Assembly (NCBI RefSeq): GCF_001194135.2
Contig: NC_068981.1
Span: forward strand, 50,191,437 to 50,247,957
Origin: Octopus bimaculoides
Lineage: Eukaryota
Reading direction: 5' to 3'
Length of the DNA: 56,521 nucleotides
Part shown: positions 51,322 through 56,521 of the stretch, one piece after another
Numbering within the stretch: the first letter of the stretch is position 1
Layout of the letters: every line of letters begins with the position of its first letter
Translations under genes and position numbers: made by a program
Notes under the pieces: model-generated
Seen by the model: the letters and a program-made list of their open reading frames with translations, nothing else
Told to the model about the DNA's origin: nothing
Database searches by the model: none

Positions 51322-53110
51322 ATAAGAATTACAATCAAAATGAAAGCTAACCCTCTTGAAGAACCTATATTTCAATAATCCAATTATTCAACATTCTGCA
51401 TGAGACTTGAATTTTCAAAAAGTATGAGAAGGGAATCAACGGTATAGTGTAAAGAAATAATATCAAGTTATCAACTGCAGATGATAAACAACTTATTCGT
51501 GCATAGAGTACACAGAAACAGTAAACTAGAAAGAGGTTAAATTCATTTAAAAATGCAGTAAACCTACATTGATGAGAGTAAATCTAATAAGTCCCACTAA
51601 TACAATAATATAGTAAAAGTGATAAACGAATTATAAAATGCACAGAACTCTAACTATGTTTAAATTTTATAAAGTATACAAAATACAAGAAACATCACAA
51701 CATGCCTACTAACCGTCAAGATTCAGCATAATTAAAAAGAAATTACATTAATAAAAACCTGAGCACTAAGTGAGAAACACAACGAAAATCTTGATCCAGA
51801 TTTTAACAATAGCATGTAATGACATATTATCCAGAGACAAGATATTGTATCAACATACGCAAGTACAGGAAAACAAATTGGTGATATTCTAAGCATGCTG
51901 ATTATATCATACATAGAAAGTAATGCAATTCATCTCTACTTTCCGATATACGATTTCTCAGGTAAAAAAAATTGTTTGTGAAAGAAAAGGAACTTCTATT
52001 CAAATATTTGTATCTGAAAGTAATGACAATTACAATGCAGTTGGCAAACAGAAACAATTCTGATAAGAATATGTCTTTGGAATGATAACATATATTACTG
52101 GTAACTTCAAAAGTAAAATACCAGACATTGCACGTCCAAGGATTTTAAGAATATGATATACACTACATTCAGGAGATTATAAACTTCCTCACTTTTCAAA
52201 CGCAGGTACAGCAACAGACTGTTGTGAAGTGAAAGGGCGATTACAACATCTCTAGCATAAAATCATATTAAAAAATAGCTGTCAACTTCGCAATGTTTTG
52301 GAATAGAAATTAAGAATCTATGGACCATGCTGATTGACATTTTCAGTGTTTATAAAGTGTATAGTTAACACAATTAAACTCTTACATTGAAAATATATTA
52401 TCGAAATTTAAACAATGAAACAGTTCACAGTTATAGTAAGAAGCTTGGACAAAATTACCAGTTATCTCTTCAACGAAATATAAGCTGTCACGGAATGCTT
52501 GAGGTCTAGAAATTTCTCCCTGAGATATTCAGAAGAAATCCCAATATATATTGCAATTATCATGCTGATTCTTAAAACCCACGAACTGCGAATATACCGT
52601 ATTATTTGGCCAACCGTACACTAATAATGAATGTGTATGTGCGCATTATTTATTATCTTCAGGATGTATACCTGGATGCGTGGCCGAATGTATTAAACAC
52701 ATATAAATATGTGTGCATCGAGGTAGTATTCATCTATATTCATATCCTTGCAGAGCGGCGATAATTCACTCCATTAATATTGTACTTCCAATGTAGTTTC
52801 AACGACTAACCCAATATATAAGTTGCCACAAATGACTGTATAACACACCATCGTATCTAAACGCTGAATCAAGAAAACTGAAGTGATGCACGAATTTTTT
52901 TTTTTATATTCCCAAAACACAAGAACCTTTTACGCATCTCAAATGTCATACAGTTGTATGTAGCCCAGTCGGTCATCTTCACAATAATAATTTATTCTAT
53001 TATTCCATCCGCTCTCTATAAAAATAACTCTCAGACTCTAAAATCTCTCTCTTTCTCTCGCTCGTATTCTCTCATTCTAAGATGTACATATACACATACA
53101 CACATGTATG

Positions 53111-53156
<46 letters not shown>

Positions 53157-54399
53157 NNNNNNNNNNNNNNNNNNNNNNNNNNNNNNNNNNNNNNNNNNNN
53201 NNNNNNNNNNNNNNNNNNNNNNNNNNNNNNNNNNNNNNNNNNNNNNNNNNNNNNNNNNNNNNNNNNNNNNNNNNNNNNNNNNNNNNNNNNNNNNNNNNNN
53301 NNNNNNNNNNNNNNNNNNNNNTATATATATATATATGTATATATATACATACATATATATTTATATGTGTCTGTGTGTGTGTAAAGAGAAAGAAAAGAGG
53401 GATAGAGGGAGAGGGAGAACAATGAGAAGCGCGAGGGAGGGAGTCAGAGACGAGAAGGAAAGAGTTTGAAAGAGAATCAGAGTGAAAAATATAAGCAAAA
53501 AGACTCAAAGATGGTCGAATGTATCTGTGTGGAATCATGTTGTATACATACATACAAACACAAACACACACGCACACATGTATAGAGAAACAGACAGACA
53601 GACAGACAGAAAGATACGTCGATAGATTGACAGAAACATACATGCATACATATGATCGAAAACACTTATAGAAATTGAGTTAAAAGAAAAATTGATGTAA
53701 ATCCTTGTCAATCATGAATATTAGGCATCAATCAAAAATGTAGGTGTCATAGACAAAAATATTACTTGAAATAGCTGTCAAATCGGAAAACTTTTTGGAA
53801 TAGAATTCATGAAAGTTATTAATTCTAAATATGTTATCTTACAAATTTATTGTAAATTGATTATGGAGTTTCAGTATGTGTATAAAATCAATTCGGAAAT
53901 AGGTATCATGCAACGAGATATAGTCACATGATAACACTAGTCGTTTATAGCATGATAATATTGTAAGCGTACATAAATCTTTTACCTAGAACTGAAATCA
54001 CACTAAATGTTGAAGAAAACTATTTGTGCTGTATTCTGTGAAGTACATGACTTCGCCTACCAGAATACAACTTCTTTAATCCGTTAAATGTTTAGAGAAA
54101 AATGTCAAATATAATGATTCAGGCGTAGGAGAAATAAAGAAATTGATATAGCACCTGGCCAAAACGTTCCATCAAAACATAATATTGATTAAAATTAAAG
54201 ATTTTAGATACAATTTAGACATCAATTCTGTATTTCTAGAAGGAAAATACCCTTGCTCACTGGAACATGATATTTTTAAATGTCAACTTTTCAAGATAAA
54301 AATTTGAAAATATTATACCTTTTCCTATTAGCAATCTATTTTCTTTTTCCAAACTACTCCATAAGTATCAAGTCATTTTTCACTTTTAATCAGCATATC

Positions 54400-54560
54400 T
54401 AGTTTTCTCTTTTTCTCCATCTAATTTCCTCTCTCCCCCTCTATCTCCCTCTCTATTCCATCTCTCTCCCTCTCTTTCCATCCGTCTCTTCTCTCACTTT
54501 CCTTATCGCTCTCTCCTCTATCTCTCCCACTCCTTCTCTCTCCCTCTCTGAATCTCTCAT
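54400..54560. repeat. Degenerate (CT)-rich low-complexity tract
   Basis: Direct reading. Confidence 0.85.
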
Positions 54561-55428
54561 CCACTGCTGATGTATTTCCACCAATCCAATACGCTAGATT
54601 ATTCCAATTATTTTATCATGTTATATTTTATTCATTACATTTTTACCAGAAAATCTAATTAAACTGATTGATAGATTTTTCCAGGTTTTCCGAGTAGTTA
54701 TTGGTAAGTGTATTTATTTAGGACACCAGAACTTCGGAATAATATGGCTCCGTAAAGAACGTAATTAACTTAATGATGATAAAATGGTTATTCTACAAAT
54801 ACGAATTGCATTGCTAGAAAGGTATATAAATACAGTGTGAGGTAACATGATAAACTAGTTATATTACAAATAATGTTTTAGGTTGCATTAAAGAGTTCTA
54901 ACTATTGGATAAATTAACTTCGGTATATGTATATTTTATTTGAATGCTGATATAAACTCACACAGTGCATCTGCACCACACATACTACATATATATGTAT
55001 GAGGTTAGATGTGTTTGTGAGATTCTCATGTGTGCATATAATACCCATAAATATATAGGCTATTTGCGTACGACTGGCCATCGAATTCGATGATAGCCTA
55101 CTCCTTTAATCACGGCTCCTTTTCTGACTGTATATCCTAAGCCTTCATGTGCAGCTTCGGTTACTCTTAAGGCGTATAAATGTTTGACAACAAAGGGTAT
55201 TAATCTGCGGTCATGACACTATTCTTCCGTCTCATATTAAAACAGATTATGTTTGTGTTACACAATCGCGCACACACAAACAACACATACACACACACAG
55301 AGGCAAATGCACAGCAAACATGCACATGCACACAAATTACAAATAATGTTTCAATAATATATGAAACCTATGTACAACTCTGTAAGTGTAAACAATACAC
55401 AAACACACAGACCCACACAAACACACAC

Positions 55429-55460
<32 letters not shown>

Positions 55461-56140
55461 NNNNNNNNNNNTATATATATATATATATATCACGCACACA
55501 CATAAGCATGTCTGAAACAGACCCATACTCCTATTCGGATAAAGCAGGGTGCAAAAAACACGTAAACGCATACCTGCATCAGAAGAGGTGCCACCATCAA
55601 TACAATCACATTTGGGATAAACTACAAGACAAATAGCATAACGCAATGGAACCGAAAGCATAGAATAAGACAGCATGCATAGAAAGATATATATGCAACG
55701 TAGATTTTTGGAAGATAAATGACAGTTGTATATGTACGGGTGTAAACGTTGACTGTAAAATGTGTACAGGGCGTATTACAGTAATTGAAAGTACAACTTA
55801 TGCATAAAGAGGAGAAAGGTTAACGAAGAAGGCGAACGTAAAAAAGAATAGCTAATAGGCTTGAAAGTCTAATGGTTGTACGAAGGATGAATGTTGAATC
55901 ACAGATGAGCGTATACAAAGTGTTTGATCTTAGTTACATCAATAAATAGTGAGAGCGGGAGAGAGACATGGAAAGAGAGAAAGATAGAAAGAGGTTGAGA
56001 AAGAGATAGAACGTACGTATCTGTATATGTGTTTACGAGATGTACATGTGAGGGTGTATACTTCTCTGCATATGAGTGCGAACGTGTTTAGGTATAATTT
56101 ATACAATATGCACAGATATATGTCCGTATTTTATTTCATA

Positions 56141-56231
56141 CTAGCAGAAATACCCGGCGTTGCCCGGGTTAGAGAGAATAATGAAATCTAAAAACGCCGT
56201 CTAGACTACGCATCATCTTTATATATAGAGA
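56141..56231 (-). mobile_element. Complete 91-bp non-autonomous mini-Helitron
   Basis: Minus strand reads A|TCTCTATATATAAAG...CCCGG-GCAACG-CCGGG-TATTTCTG-CTAG|T: 5' TC, subterminal GC hairpin, 3' CTAG, inserted between A and T with no TSD. Confidence 0.88.
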
Positions 56232-56521
56232 TGTATATACACACACGCACCCAAACACACGTATATATATGTATATCAATATAAATATATGAAAGTCAAT
56301 GAAGTTTCGTAAAAGAAGGTGATCATGTACATACTTTCTTGATGTTGTGATTATAACACCTCATTGTAAACTATGTTCCTTGTTTTCCCTTGTGGAGCAT
56401 ATACAAATAGGTTTTTTGTTGCTGCCCACTCTTGAGCAGCCAACATACAGTTGTCCATGTGAGAAGCAGGGCTCTTCCAAGAGAAGACCAGCTACAGACA
56501 GTGTTTGACCCTGATATTTGT

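Noticed and set aside
51330-52450. A-rich stretch with faint RTE-like motifs (FKYL, WND, ARP)
   Set aside because: Too degraded to support by eye; needs a profile-HMM search.
55056-55100. 8-bp stem enclosing the 14-bp palindrome CATCGAATTCGATG
   Set aside because: Single short occurrence, plausibly chance in 56 kb; no family context.

Overview
AT-rich eukaryotic genomic DNA from a short-read assembly, with about 18 N gaps, most of them flanked by microsatellites. The repeat families resemble those I recall from Octopus or other coleoid cephalopods; this is an inference, not a database result. I cannot support any host protein-coding gene, rRNA, true tRNA gene or CRISPR array. Most ORFs in the supplied track are microsatellite or gap artefacts; the remainder with recognisable protein motifs are transposon remnants. 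The window is a transposable-element landscape containing: (1) two related Penelope-like retroelements (RT + C-terminal GIY-YIG) and a probable third, very decayed one; (2) several R4/Dong-type non-LTR fragments with a restriction-like endonuclease, the younger ones embedded in (AAT)n; (3) at least three tRNA-derived SINE families; (4) an internally deleted mariner with both TIRs, a maT/DD37D-like remnant and two MITEs; (5) a Helitron ORF remnant and a complete 91-bp mini-Helitron; (6) RTE-like and CR1-like relics. The most interesting signal is the Penelope terminal region, which reads ORF stop, tRNA-like A/B-box head, (AAT)n tract, minimal hammerhead ribozyme. In one copy that (AAT)n tract has been invaded by a Dong-type LINE. 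The same motif nucleates a 4.7-kb stack of insertions at about 7.0-11.8 kb.
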